This document shows positions 25,210-38,866 of a DNA stretch of 64,000 bases, one piece after another. Source of the stretch: Cirrosporium novae-zelandiae (lineage: Eukaryota). The position numbers and the translations under genes are program-made. The notes below the pieces were generated by a model, which did not search any database, was not told the DNA's origin, and saw nothing but the letters and a program-made list of their open reading frames with translations. Location of the stretch: positions 496,001 through 560,000 of the forward strand of contig JAPETS010000009.1 of NCBI GenBank assembly GCA_026023565.1, given 5' to 3'. Each line of letters opens with the position of its first letter. The first letter of the stretch is position 1.

Positions 25210-26079
25210 ATGGGCAGTGTGAACTGTTTCGAGAGATTTTGGTTAGAGGCCTCCCAAGATCTTTTTACCTCGAATAGCAGAAAAGTACCAGATTCTCTAT
25301 TATGCTCTTTGCGGAAGTTGCCGATCGAACTTCGTATTATCATCTACACTTTGGTATACGAACTCAACAAATATCCCAGATCCACTTTTATCATGCCATT
25401 TCGCAGGTTATTAACGAACGCGAATATATCGCAACTGCCGGGATCCAAGACGTCAGGTGCCAATCAGCTCCATTCTTTCGCAGACGAGGCAGATCGGCTT
25501 GATATTGCCTGGTATACTAGAATGTCATTTTATTTTGAGAATAAATTTTTCGTCCGCGCTGGTGACTTGGATGACTTGGTTGAAATGTCATGGGTTTGTC
25601 GATCCCTTATTAGAAACCTCATTGTTGAGATTGATACAACAGTGACCCTCGCCCCGGATATCTATCTTCTGCTCGCTCTCCCTAGTCTCAGAATTGTACA
25701 TATCAATATCGTGAGAACGGTCGCGAACTTCAAGAGTGTGGAAGCGTCTGCGTTTGGATGGATTATGAAATATCTCAAACTCAACTTGAAGACCGACTCT
25801 AACCCCGAAGCAATTGTCATCTGGAGCATCGGCCAGGCAATGAATGAGACGGGGATGATATATCCATTGAATAAGGGTGCTACTAAAGAGTTGAAATATT
25901 GTATTAATCCAGTCTGGGACTTACCCATGTTACCTAGATGGTATAGGGGTCGCAGGATACAGTCCTATAGTGCGCAACTGAAGCAAAAGTGTCGTCATGT
26001 GCGTCATCTACCGTTAGAGGCCAGTTACGAGGTGTTCAAATATTATTTGACCCATGGAACTGCGTCGATGGCACTGTGA
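25210..26079 (+). CDS. Hypothetical protein with F-box-like N-terminal motif
   Basis: Intronless ORF of about 289 aa from the ATG at 25210; LRKLPIELRIIIYTLV resembles the LxxLPxElRxxIY motif of fungal F-box-like (2EXR-type) families. Confidence 0.6.
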   Translation: MGSVNCFERFWLEASQDLFTSNSRKVPDSLLCSLRKLPIELRIIIYTLVYELNKYPRSTFIMPFRRLLTNANISQLPGSKTSGANQLHSFADEADRLDIAWYTRMSFYFENKFFVRAGDLDDLVEMSWVCRSLIRNLIVEIDTTVTLAPDIYLLLALPSLRIVHINIVRTVANFKSVEASAFGWIMKYLKLNLKTDSNPEAIVIWSIGQAMNETGMIYPLNKGATKELKYCINPVWDLPMLPRWYRGRRIQSYSAQLKQKCRHVRHLPLEASYEVFKYYLTHGTASMAL

Positions 26080-26585
26080 TAGAGTTGTATATAGGTATCT
26101 AGATAGTACAAGTTTCAAAAAAAAAATTCACGAATCCACCTAGGGGAAGCCTTAAAGTGAAATAGCGATCGATGTGACTAGGTACCTTTAGGCCCATGAG
26201 ACTGCTGGAAAGGTATCTATTTATGAACGAACTCACATATCTATTTTCATACTACCGGCAAGCTTTTTATTATACTCATGATAAAATAGGGGTATGGTTG
26301 ATCGGTTCATATCTATAATTCGAGGTTTTGGCGGAGGGTTTTGTAATGATTTCTATTAGGTCTCTGAACCTCATTAGAAATCTTGGGAGGCTGTTTTAAA
26401 AATACCCTACCTAGGTAGTTATTTCTAAGGCAAGTTTTTTAACAAGGGCGAAATTCTGTGCAGCCTATTCTCTACACTACCTAGGAACCTACCTAGGTAA
26501 GGTATTTTATACAAACAATATTACCACCTCAAACGTATTCCGACAAAACTCTCACCAATGATATGAAAAATCTTTTGAAATCATC

Positions 26586-29236
26586 ATGCCTACCTATCGC
26601 AGCATAACCCTTTCTCTCATCTCGCAATTTGATATTCTCACTATTCCTGAGTTCCCATCTCCCCAAAACGCCTATTTGCCACTGGAAGACCCATTCTCAT
26701 CTGATGGTGCCAGTTCGAATATTTCCCAAGTACACCCAACAATCACGGTTTATATTCCGCTCTATCCATCTTCCCAATTCTGGCTCAAGTATTCGATCTC
26801 ACCACCTCACCCACCATCTCAGCTCTATTACTTTAAACTCTTTATCTTGAACAAACATGTTGTGTCATGGGGTTGTGGCGAGGAAGAAAAATACAATGGC
26901 AAGACCATGTTTGCACTGTTCGATGCTGGCGAGATGTGGACTGGGGCTCGAAATATGGAGAGGAGAATGCTATGTTTTGGCGAATGTGCTGGAGACATGG
27001 AAGTAAGAGTATATCGAGCTAAGTGCAGGAAGAGAACTAGGGGAGAAGCCACCAAATTCCTGGAATCAGAGGTCAGCATGGTCCAGGATAGTAATATCAA
27101 GTAAGTATTCTTGGTTCTTTTGTGGTCTGTCCATAGTATTTTACCTTCTCGTGTGGCGCAAGAACCTATCCTATCGCTAAGAAACCAACAAAAGACGGAT
27201 GGTGACATCCTCAAGAATGTTTCCATATTCCAGGACCAAACAGTCACATATGTTGCGAGTCTATGAAACGGGCACTTTCTTTCTTGCAGGAAAGATGAGA
27301 CTAAACTAATCACAAACTTGATCTTAGCCTTATGCCAGCTGGAATGCTCGAACGACATCAGCCTCAACGGTTCTACAGATATGCCCTCCTAGATCCCATC
27401 GATCAACCGTTTGCGATATTTCGATATTGTTACCGCACCTGGGGTCAGTTAGCTTCAAAGAGGTTGGCCAAATTCGTAGCTAGGAATGAAATCAAACTGC
27501 CAAAATTCTCCATCAGCTTATTCAGCTTATGAACAGGCCGATTCCCAAGCAAGCATTCCATGTTATGCTTAGCATACTGGAGTTTTTTTCAAGCAGGATG
27601 AAATCAGATTCAGGCTCGAATGCTGCCAACCACCTTCGGCTCACATTCCAAATATTAGTTCAACAAGCTAACATCTTTGATAGAGCAACTCGAGACCCTA
27701 GGCATCCGCCCCGATTATGCTTCTTCCACAGCTTCCATCCGCGCAATGCTACCACCACAGTCGGAACACAGCAAATTCAACATCGAAACAGCTTCTACAT
27801 CGAGCAACTCTTCTCAGCATACATCGAATTTTCAAACTTACAGCTCTTCGACACCTACCGGCTCATTTCCATATGGAAGCAGTGACGGCTTATTTACTGC
27901 ATCTACCACCTCCTTGGCACTAACCCTACCGCCTGATGTTGCCCATGCTCGGAGAGGATCCCCTATTAAGAAGTCCATCAAGCGTTCACCAGCTATATAT
28001 AAACTCGCAGATGAACACTGTAGCATGTTGACCCGACAAGAAATTGGCCTTCAGCTCGAGCCGGATTCCACCGATGAAAGCAAGGGTGAAGAAACATCCA
28101 TCCCATTACAGACTGATAAACTAGAGCCATGCAATGAGGACATATTAACGTCTGCGGAGGAAATTGAAGAAGAAAAATTGTCAGGACAAAAGCTGGAGTT
28201 AGAACATGGAGGAACCTACAAAGAGGCGATTGCCAAATCCCATTACTCACGTACACCCACCCCGCCAGCACCTCGATTCTTGTCAAGTCCCCAACCCCCA
28301 CTCGGTGTTTCCAAAGGACGCAGGAACAAAAGTCCACACTTAGAGCAACATAGTCCATCTACTCTCCCAGCAGTGTCAAAAGCCTCGACTTGGCTATCTC
28401 GTATTCGAACGTCGAGCCCTATTCCCAACTCCACGAAAGATGAAACAAGCTCATCTCGCCAACAAGAATTCAATTATCATCCAGAACGCCGGCGCTTGTC
28501 ACCGCTCTCGGAAGAACCAGAGCAACACCTTTCTCCACTAGAAGCCCCTCCGCCGCCCTCAACCTGGTTTTCCCGTATCCAAACCCGCACCCCTAGTCCT
28601 TACGGAAACTCTCCAAATTCTGGAAAGCCCGTAGTTGAATCACCGAATCGATTCTGCCGTAGTGTCTCGAAACTCAAAGGCGTTGTTGCAAGCGCAAAAA
28701 AGAGACGAGGACGAGGTAGAGGGAAGGGAGGGGAGAAGGAAATGAGACGACTGTGGTTAGAAGAGAAACTGGAACAGAGTTCGACAGATGGGTTTGGGAA
28801 TACGCCATCGCTGACAATAAGTGATATGGATGCACTGGGAGGTGGCAGCCAGGAATGGGACAATATGTCGGAAGGAGACTTGATATTGAAGAAAAGGGGT
28901 GCTCAATACCACAAGCAGATAAAAGAACCATTCGGGCAAGAGGGTTCGGAATCGGAATCGGATCCAGAGCTACAGTCAGCCTTAAGCTCGAAGACCAACC
29001 TTTCCTTAACCCTCAAGGGCTTACGGAAGAAAGGAAATCGCGAGGCATTACAAAGATATAATCCCATCCCCAAAACTGTTGTAAAAGATAGGGAGCCCAT
29101 TGAGAACCTGGTTCATCATCCTTCTCCTCCAAGACCAAAGACAGTGATATCACCAAAACGTAGCATGAAGTATGAAGGAACTGCAGATAAAACAATCGCC
29201 TTTTTCGGTGAAAGAAACGCCCCAGTTTCAAAATAG
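26586..29236 (+). CDS. Conserved fungal hypothetical protein (folded N-terminal domain, long Ser/Pro-rich tail)
   Basis: MPTYRSITLSLISQFDILTIPEF, VYIPLYPSSQFWLKYSI, YYFKLFI...VVSWG; middle exon RFYRYALLDPIDQPFAIFRYCYRTW joins EQLETLGI; two introns of about 230-240 nt. Confidence 0.75.
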
Positions 29237-29724
29237 TTGCCACGGAAATGATAGTGGGGCATACTTAGCTATAAAACACCTTCAACGCAACCGCCACGGT
29301 TTCACTTTGCTGGTCTCTCGGAAAGATAGATTTGATTTCGACCTAGCTCCCCTCTCAGCTATAGCTAGAATTTAAGAGAGGATTTGTTTGAGACGTGGGC
29401 CGCACTGATTGGGGGCATAAATCGCTTAAATATCTGCTGCAGACCTGTTTGCGAGACTTCATAAAATAGGAAGGTAACTCGGAAGGAGAAAAGTGTTAAT
29501 ATGCTGCCCTTCTTGAGTGTACGGATTAGCCTAGAAAAAAAAAGAAATCTGATACCAGTAATGTCTTCTCATTCCATGTGTTAACCTACCTAGACCATGC
29601 ATTCAGCACCGTTTTTACCATTGATGCAAAACTATCCTATCCCGTCGCCGTATTATCAACTTCCCAATTTATCATATATGTCCGGATTTATATGCAGTAT
29701 AAATACCTCCCATTTTCATTAAAC

Positions 29725-32482
29725 TTACAATTCTCCATCCTCATATCCATACTTTGGTTTCCAGTCGTTCTCTTTCACACTCTCTTCTTCTTCCATAGTA
29801 GGAAAAACCCCAGTTTTTTGTTTCATAATACTAGTAGTAGTAATGTCCTCCTTGTCATTCAAAAACGCCAGTCCGTCCATGGCTCTTCCTTGACAAGCAC
29901 GTTCGAGCGCCAAAAATGCAAAGTGGCCGCCAACTACAGGTCTCGCAAAGAAATTTGGGCCTGGGAAACCACCTTGGCCTTCGGTGTTGTAGAGGTCGGA
30001 AAAGGGGCGGTCTATTTGGTACAAAAATGAACTGTTAATGACAGTCTCACAGGACGACGCAGAAAGGGAAAGGGGTGAAGTCAGGAGAATTACTAGAAAG
30101 GTAGAATACTTACCAGTAACAGTCTCGTTAATCCACAGAGCGACACTTTCCAGAACCTTACTCCGAACCTTCTTACTAGACACAGCCATAGAAAAAAACT
30201 CCCAGTCGCTTTTCGTGTAAAGATGTCTACTGTCTAGAGGCAGTCCATACTTCTGTCTTACGGAATCATACCAATTGCTTTGGATCTTATAAATATGACG
30301 CGGCACAAAGCCTTTCTTGCTCTTGTATTTGTGGCCAGAGGGAGGTTTGAGCGGCTTCTGACCACCATGGTGGGAAGAAGAGTCGTAAAGGGTGGAATTA
30401 CTGGATTCAAGGTGGAAGCAGAGGAGAGCATCGGCGTAGAGGTTGTAGATAGTTGTCCAGGAGCCATACCAATCGTAGGCTAGTTTTGCATGCGTGCCAT
30501 CACGGGATATGCCATATTCTTGCCATTTGGTTATGTAGACATCAGAGATATTCTACAACGGAAAGTGTAAGCTTAGAGGAAGGGATGGAGGATAATGAGA
30601 ACATACCTTGTAGTATTTGACATCAGCATCAATACCAGCAACTTCGGCTATTGCACTCATTGCCTTGATGCCAATAATGCCTTTTAGTGCAAGGTTGGTT
30701 TGTAGAGCGAGCCAGCCGGCAAAATCGTCAGTAGATACTGAAGAATATTAGCTTAGGCCAGGAAAACTAGAACGCTTCCTCACGTTGATTCTCAGGTCTC
30801 AATGAAAAGTCGACAAGATATCCAGTCCACTGCTTCCATAATTTGTAGCTCTTTTTAACCCATCTTTTCGCTTGTTTAATACCTTTAGTAGAGCCTCCCC
30901 ATCGGTCATCCAGACCGTAGATGCCTTCACGGGTCTCAAGCGTGGTAAGGGAAAAGAGGCTAATACTTGGGTTTGGATCGTAGTCGCCGCTGCCAAGAGC
31001 AGACCATAGTGATCCAGCAGAACTATTAATTCCATAGATTAAGGAATTGACAATGGCAAGACCCATAATGAGGATATTACCACACTCTTCGACAGGCATG
31101 TATTCGTCACGACCATCCGGATGACCAGTTGCATTGGGGAAGTGGGTACCCAGGTCATGCATTGCATACGTATTAGGGTATTGCCCACTTAGCATATGCT
31201 CAATTAATGGCTCAAGCATATATGTTAGCCATCGAGGATTGGTGTACAAGAAGAAAGGGAAGGCAGGGTAAATGACATCAATTGTTTGAGTGTTTCCATC
31301 AGACGAAATCTCCTTCAAGAAGAGAAGAGGATCGTCTGGGGTACCAGAGAAGCTAACCCCTCCCATTATTTGACGAGCAGATAGGGCTACGATATCGACG
31401 TAATCATCAGCGCCGGATTTATAAGCATCCCTGGCTAGTTGTACAGAATAGTTTCGAGAGAGCTCATTAGCGTTCTTGAAGTCGAGATAGTGAAAGGTGA
31501 GAAGGTGGCTGTCAGTAGGAAACCAGGAGGCCCATAATGGTCTCATTAATGTCAAGCCCCGAGCAGAAGCAAATTGTATGACAGGATCCTGAAGATGGGC
31601 AATTGTGAAGAGTGCACTGTCACTTATTTGGGTACCAATCGTCGAATTGAGCTTGAAAGATTTCGCAAACGCGAAGACAGGTTCTTTGTCCATGATTCCC
31701 CGAAACGATTGATCATTGGTATTTTGAAGTTTGCCCTTTGAGGAGAAATTCTGGCGTAACACAGCTGATGTGCCAGATTCATAGCTGACATCGGAAGGTC
31801 CTGTGAAATGTAATGAACCCCATTCTGCCCGATCCCAAAATTCCGTAAACAGCTGCTCTGTCTGTCGGTGAATCCTCCAAGATTTCAACGCTTGTCCAGG
31901 TAAGCCAAGACTTTGGTCATCAAAATCCCATGTTATCACGTTTGATCTATCCCCGCTAACCCATTGCCCATTCAAATCAATGTATATATCTATATTGAAA
32001 TCACTGGTAACCTCAACGGTCAAATACGATGCAGGAATCGATTGGCGCAATGTTGATGTTGGACTAATTGGAGAGAGAAAGGATAGTTTGAGTTCGGCAG
32101 GTTTGGACGAGAAACCTCGGGGGGATGGAATAGAGTAGGAGAGGTTTGTAACGGAAGCATCGTATTTAGCACCGAGATATACAGGATAAGAGACATTATA
32201 ATCATCACTTGGTCTCTGCGGAAGTAGTGAATCTTGAGGTCGACCGAGCAAAGGGTAGACTGTGTGAGAATCAGGAATCGATGCTAGCATGGAGAAGCCC
32301 ATTTGTTGCCCGGTCCAGAACATGGGCCATTTTGTCCAAGGGGGATCTCTGGCACTTCCCAGCCATGTACTCAAATAAGGATTTCGTACAATCAATGGGA
32401 GAACTGGAGGAGTGAGAGTCGATGCCTCGACGGCAAGTAATGATGTTAATGCCGAAATGGCGGCTACCAATGTTATCTGCAT
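29725..32482 (-). CDS. gtaA: Secreted glutaminase A (GtaA family, multi-exon)
   Basis: Signal peptide, PPVLPLIVRNPYLSTW, FLKEISSDGNTQTIDVIYP, HDLGTHFPNATGH, MPVEECGN, YGLPLDSRHLYTKSDW and FARPVVGGHFA. Confidence 0.92.
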
Positions 32483-33230
32483 CTCGACAGAATTATGATA
32501 TATGAGCTGACCTCCAATTGTTAGAGTGAATTCGAAGCAGGGGGAGTGCTGAGGCCTGCTCTAGCAACTCTTTTACTTTCTTTAATAAGAAATTGGGAAA
32601 CTGAAGTTGCAAAGAAAGATTGGATGTCCTTGTTCATCACGCGGATTCAGAGTCCAGGGTTGCAGTTGGAGCTGCATACCCCCTGTCGATCTGCTTCCCC
32701 GCATCTTGGCTCGCGCAGCAACTCTCAACACCTTCAACTAGTATAACATTTGTGTCAATATATGTTATAGGGAGGGAAAGAGGGAGGGAGAGAGAGAGAG
32801 GAAGAGATGGGAAGATAGTAATATATTTAACCTAATATACTTACACAGTATTATTACGTGTATCTATAATACTTATCAAAGTTTCAGGGAATCGTTCGTC
32901 TTAAATTGCCATAAGTCTCAGGGTTTGACGTGGCAATAATCTACATGATAGTTACACAGTGATATGTGATAACCAGCAAGGGAGCAAATATATTTCTTTA
33001 TTAATATCCCACAGTTACAGTAGACCCAGTGAGGAAGTGAGCCTGAGGTACCAAAAGACCTGGGCACGTGCTAGGGTTTACCCCATATGACCAACCTTAA
33101 ATTCCACCGGAGGATCCTTTCGGCTTTGAGGGGTTGAGGTTGGGACTTCGGAGAAACTTCCGAACCCGTGCACGCCCAACGCTCGAGCTTCGCACTCCCA
33201 CCACCACCACCATCGATACAACTTAACCCG

Positions 33231-33429
33231 ACGCGACAAGAGCTTCATCTCTTTACTTCACTATCTCCAGCAGCAGTTTTTCTGATCAATTGATCATTCT
33301 ATTTGCAGTTCTTAAATCTGCTTTGGGCATATACATCCTAGGTTGATTTATCATTTCTACCGCGATAAACTGCACTATCGTCAGCTCGATAAGCCGTCGC
33401 GTACCTTCAATCAATTATTGAACAACGCG
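33231..33429. promoter_or_regulatory. MCB-like (CGCG core) element cluster upstream of the Whi5/Nrm1-like gene
   Basis: ACGCGA at 33231, CCGCGA at 33360, TCGCGT at 33397 and ACGCGC at 33425, all within 275 bp of the ATG. Confidence 0.55.
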
Positions 33430-33503
33430 CCTGTCCATTCTTACTTGGTTTTACTCAAAATACCTCCCATATAAAACTACATTGGTCATCGCCATTACCC
33501 ATA

Positions 33504-34576
33504 ATGTCTTCCACTCCTATGAAAGCTAGGCGACGCGTTCTTGGGGACCTCAATACCAACGCGCCAATAACACCTTTGAAGCTCAAGTCTAACACCACTT
33601 CTTCCCAAATTATTTCCAAACAACATTTACAGCCAATGGCCAATGCATCGCCAACTCATGCTGGGCAAAAACGAAAGCTCGGGGATGTTGCCAACGACGA
33701 GAATAGTGCGGAAGCGCGTCATGGACTTGCAAAGCAGGTTTCACAATCTCCTACTTCTCATCGAGAACAAATAGAGCCACGTTCTCCCAGCGAACCTATT
33801 CAGGTTTTGGTGAGTTATCAGTTAAGTATTTTACCAAGGCTTCCGACCGTTGACCATTGTATACAGTCTTCGCAACCCACAACCGTGATACACGATGCGT
33901 CTCGGTCAGATTCAGAGATCATCCCCACCGTCATTCCCAGTTCCGTAAATAACTCGCAAGAGAGTTTTGGGATGTCATCATTGATAGACTTTGACCCGGA
34001 GCAAGAATCTGCCTCTCAAAAGCTTGCTACTCCATCACCTGAGAGGCCCTCAAAACGACGGGATATCAAGCAGGTATGCTATTCGCGTTCCCCGCTTCCT
34101 GGGGCTGTGGATTAACAACGTACCTTCAGAAAGCAGAAGAGGTCAGACTCCGCCTAAAGCTTGCCCTCTTCCGTGTAGAGACATCGCAAGTCAACGTCCC
34201 ACTGTCTGAACTACAAATCCCGAGTCCTCCTCGGTCAGCTTCCAAACCAACTCCTCGAGCTCCCACTCTTCTACCTGCTCCAATCTTGAAGGAGCCTTCC
34301 CATCTTACACAGATTTCTCGCATCCCATCCTCCCCACCAGAACCTTCATCCTATGCCATACGAGGCGAAGAAGCAACTTTGACAACTGCTAGGACCAAGC
34401 AAATGAACCCAATGGCAACTCCACCAAATAGAACACCTACCAGTCATATAGCTACACTTCCACATGCGGTTCCTGATAATCAAAGCCAGGAAGAGGGAAA
34501 TGAGAAAGGAAAGGTGCAAGGCAGAGACGAGGCAGACGTAGCAGATGGATTGCTAGATTTGATGCGATCTCAGTGA
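33504..34576 (+). CDS. Whi5/Nrm1-family G1/S transcriptional corepressor (multi-exon)
   Basis: N-terminal D-box RRVLGDLNTN, GTB motif AEEVRLRLKLALFRVETSQVNVPLSEL, many S/T-P sites and C-terminal ADGLLDL; the D-box favours an Nrm1-type protein. Confidence 0.8.
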
Positions 34577-36197
34577 TAGCCACTTTTTGTTTTTTCCTAT
34601 TGTTGCATTAAAATTCGAGCGACTTGCATTACTATTTATGGGATTTGAAATCAAGGGGAGGGACATCCACGCATTATCTTGGGGCATATCCATGCATATC
34701 TAGGCGTATTCGGAAGGAAGGGGATCCTCGCTACCTAATCGAGCGAGAGGTATCTCCATATAAAGATGGCAAAATATGATTTGGGGGCAAATTGGCTTCG
34801 CTTTTTTCTTGACATTAACCATCACGTACCGCTAACGGCGGCGGTCCTTTACCTCAGCTTTTTAACGATTTGATTCGATGGATTGATTATAGACATTCTG
34901 TTCAACTTTTAATTCTACTGAAAAGATGCAGAAAGAAAGAAACATGATTTTACGAAATAATAACATTTCTTTAACCCCAAGAACAACAGGTTAATTTCAT
35001 CTCCTCTCCTCTTCTCTCCTTCTCGTCTCTTATTCCCAAGATCCATGATAAATGGGGAGCAATATCTACCCGCAGTTTAGTGCAACTTCCTCAAAGAAGA
35101 CCTAGATATCTCATCATCATCATCATCATCATCCATTCAAAAAATAGAACGAAAAAACCTACGTTATATCCCCCGGAACCAGCAAAACCCCCAACGTTCT
35201 ATTCCATTCCATATCATTCATTCATTTACTCAAAGGAAAAAGTAAGGGAATTCATTCTAGCAGTTTTTTTTTTCCCTCGCGCGTGCGCGGCCTCATTTTT
35301 TTTTCATTATATATATTAGGATGGATGGATGCCATAGGTAGGTAGGGATGCAGACACACTCAATAGAAGAAAAAGAAGAATGAAAAATATACCACGACTA
35401 TAGCCTCCCTAGATGTGCTATACGCTTTAGAAGAAGAAAGTGTTTATCCATCTATCATCCCCCCCGAGAGAGAATTCCAATTATGGCAAGATTGGAGAGG
35501 GATGGTCGGAGATGAATGGACATTAAATATATTGTAGTAGTACTAAAGGTTAAATAGAAACATTAGATATAACACAACAAGATCCCAAAAACCAAGAAGG
35601 CTACAGTAAATAAATAAATAAATGAAAAAATAACAATGAAAAAACCACCCCACTAATTAATAATCTATCTGTCTGTCTGTCCGTCTGTACCCTATACACT
35701 GTACCAGACGTCTAGATGAGTATAGATATCTGCTTTTTCTCTCTCTCGACTCTATATAGAGAATGTGAGTGTGTGAGAGTGTGGACCCTACTGTTGTTCG
35801 ATGTTTGATATGGCGTTGTATATGTATTGTATAGTACACTACCTGGGGAGGTTTTTTTTTATTTCGAATGGTATGTGGAATGGGTAGGTATGTATGTGGG
35901 ATTTCTGGGTTATGGGGAGGGAGAGTGAAATGAATGGGGTCGTTTTTAGGAGGGATTTTGCATATTTATCCTGTTCTTATGTCTACTATTTATATATGTG
36001 TGAACTAGATCAGGTACGGCTAGCTGAGGGAACTTTGATAGATCTAGGTTAACTATAAGAGGTTTTCTCGGTTCCTTTCCGGTCTTTGGGGAATAAGACG
36101 AACAGACGAAGGAAAATTTGGAGGATAATAGACTAATAGAAAGTCCATAGCCAACAATCTTCGCTAAGTACAGCTGTTCCTACATCTTAATAAAGCC

Positions 36198-37944
36198 TCA
36201 TTCCAAATCCTCAACCTCCCATCCTTCCCAAGTGGGCGCATCAAACCCGTTAGGTCTCGAACTCCTCTTAAAGCCAGCCTTTTGCCCCTCGATGCTGACC
36301 GGGCTCTTTAGGTACTTAACCTCAGCTTGAAACCCCTTACTCCAGGCGCTTCCGAAGTTAGCCTCGTCGAGGAATTCCGGATGCGTCCTGGCCATGCTTT
36401 TCCGGGCTCGCTTGCCCACTTCGTCTACGCTGTCGTAATATCGCAATTGGTAAAACTCGGGGTCGTGTTTTTGCCGCAAATTATGGATAATGGGCTGGGG
36501 GTAGAGGTCTTGACGGAGGAGGAAAACGTCGTATTGCACGATGCTCGTGCGGCCCATGTAGCTGCCTCCTTCTGTAGCGCGACGGTAGAGCCCGATGAGC
36601 GCGGCGATTGTGCCTAGGCAGCCTGTTCCATAGTCGCTCATAGGGAAGGGTGGGATGACGGGCTCATTAAGGCCCATGCTTTCGCCTTGCTTCCAGGCTA
36701 CACCTGTCACGCAGTCGGCAATTTGTTGCCAGCCTGGTCGACCTTCCCAGCCGTAAGTGAGGCCGAAGCAATCTTCTTCCACGTAAACGATTCCTTTCCC
36801 TCGAGCTCTAGTAAGCTCTATGATTTGCTTGGGACCATAGCCCAGCCGTTCTAGAGATTGCGGGCGATAGCCGCCAAGAATGACGTCGGCCGATAAGAGC
36901 AGCGATTCAAATTTCTTTCGGTTTTCGGGGTCACGGAGGTTGAGATCCGTGGTGTGCTTCCCCATGTTACCGTCGACTTGGAAGAAGGGGACGTCACTGA
37001 GTTTAGGGGAAGTGACTTTTATGACATCGGCACCGTATTCTGCAAGGGTTCTTCCAATGGCTGGCCCCGCAATGATTCTGCAAAGTTCGAGGACTTTAAT
37101 TCCTGAGAGGGTCTGAAGTTGGGAGTCCACAGCAGGAAATTTGGCAGGTGGGGATGTGGATTCCAGTTGTTCTATGGTCCATGGAGGTTGCTGGAGCATT
37201 TTCTTCCCATAGTCGGTCTCCTGGAATTCCTCCCATTTAATTGCAGTTACTCCAGCTTGCCTTTTTTCTTCATTCATTTTTTCTAATTCTTTAGCTGAGA
37301 ACTTCACGACATGACTCTCGATAAGCTTAATAATCTCATGATAATCAGTCATGTCCGGCCGGTGGCCCTCTAGTCCAATCATATTGAGGGCGGTGGTAGC
37401 CTCGAGAGAACCATGAAGATGAAAGTACTCATCTTTATTGGATGTGCGGTAGAGATTTGCTGAGAGTCGACGATAGAGGTTGGATTGCGCTGCTAGTAAA
37501 TCGGTATCTATACAATTCAGCCAATGCGACTCTTAATTGGGTATAGGCGGTAGGCACAAAACCCTTTAATTTATGCTTGACATTTGGGTCCCCTTTGTGC
37601 ATCCCATCTATAGTGCACAGGTACGCAGAAGCAAGAAAACATGTTGTGCGGTATAAATCAACCTCTACCTTAGGGCTTTTCACCTCAGGAAATCTCAACT
37701 CTGCAATTGCTGCAGCAGCACAAGCTTCCACAGACTTTAAGGCTGCAGCTGTTTCGGTTTCTTTGAATGGACACGGAAAGAATGGTTCGTCGATGCTAGA
37801 GTGAGGCGTGAATGTCACATTCGATGTGAGCTTGCTTATAGCCGGCGGAAGCTGATTTCCTGCGAGTGACAGCAAACTGTTCAATGATTCCTGGGCTCCT
37901 TTATGAAGAAAGGAATCTGATGTTAGTAATGATAAAGATGTCAT
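36198..37944 (-). CDS. CoA-transferase family III (CaiB/BaiF) protein
   Basis: FPCPFKETE, SNLYRRLSANLY, YFHLHGSL, LSGIKVLELCRIIAGPAIGRTLAEYGADVIKV, DGNMGKHTTDLNL, GRPGWQQIADCVTG and PFPMSDYGTG; one intron at about 37509-37562. Confidence 0.92.
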
Positions 37945-38866
37945 AGTTTATATTTTTTTAGAAGCCAGTTCAATACCAGAAGTAATCCTACATGAGTTGG
38001 GTATCACACATTTATAATAGAGCCCCTCAACCCGATAGCCCATATTCTATCAAGGTTGCGGTACCCGATAGGCGGGAATCGGATATTCCAAGCCAATTGC
38101 TGCTCCTACTGGAGGACGATGAAGATTTCATGATAAATGCTTGCAGCTTTTGGGGGGCTGCGGAAACGTCTTCTCCTCAAGATTTTTGTTCGGCAATGCC
38201 TAGCGGATCTTGTCAGCGACAAGTGTGGCTTGGTATGGAGAAAACTTTTAGCGGAGTGACATTGGCCTTAATTAGGCAGTCATAAATAACACAATCAAAT
38301 ATCAAATACTTTCGGAAGGTACTGTACACCCTCTACCTCGGGATACAAGTAGTAAATTAACAATGTTATGAAAAAGTCCTTTGGGGACTACACAAATTAC
38401 GAAAATTAGGGAAGTGACATGCTATGAAACAACCATATTAATAAGCCATGTAGTATTAAGAGCCATCAGACGTGCCAGGCTCTTTCTTAATCACTAACAA
38501 ACTAGTAGCAATATATAATCTCTAGTAAGGCTCTACTAGATTTCTAGAATTAGTGGCAGGATCATTGTCGGAGGCTGATATCAGACAGAAAACCAGCCAA
38601 TACCTGACGATATCTAATAGTTGCAATGGCGATCATCCCCACAAAAATATTTGTATAACCAAAACTCAACCATCTACAACTTTCGGCAATTCCTCCATCT
38701 TGGCAGTATTGAGTATTCGAATGTTCGAAGATAGATAATCTTTACCTTCCTGAGCCTACCAAGGAAAGCTGTCCCTTCCCGCCTGGTAATTAATGCCAAG
38801 ATATTTTTTAAGCTGCTACCCGAATCCTCGAGTCCCAACACTCTTATTGATACCACCAAAATTGTT

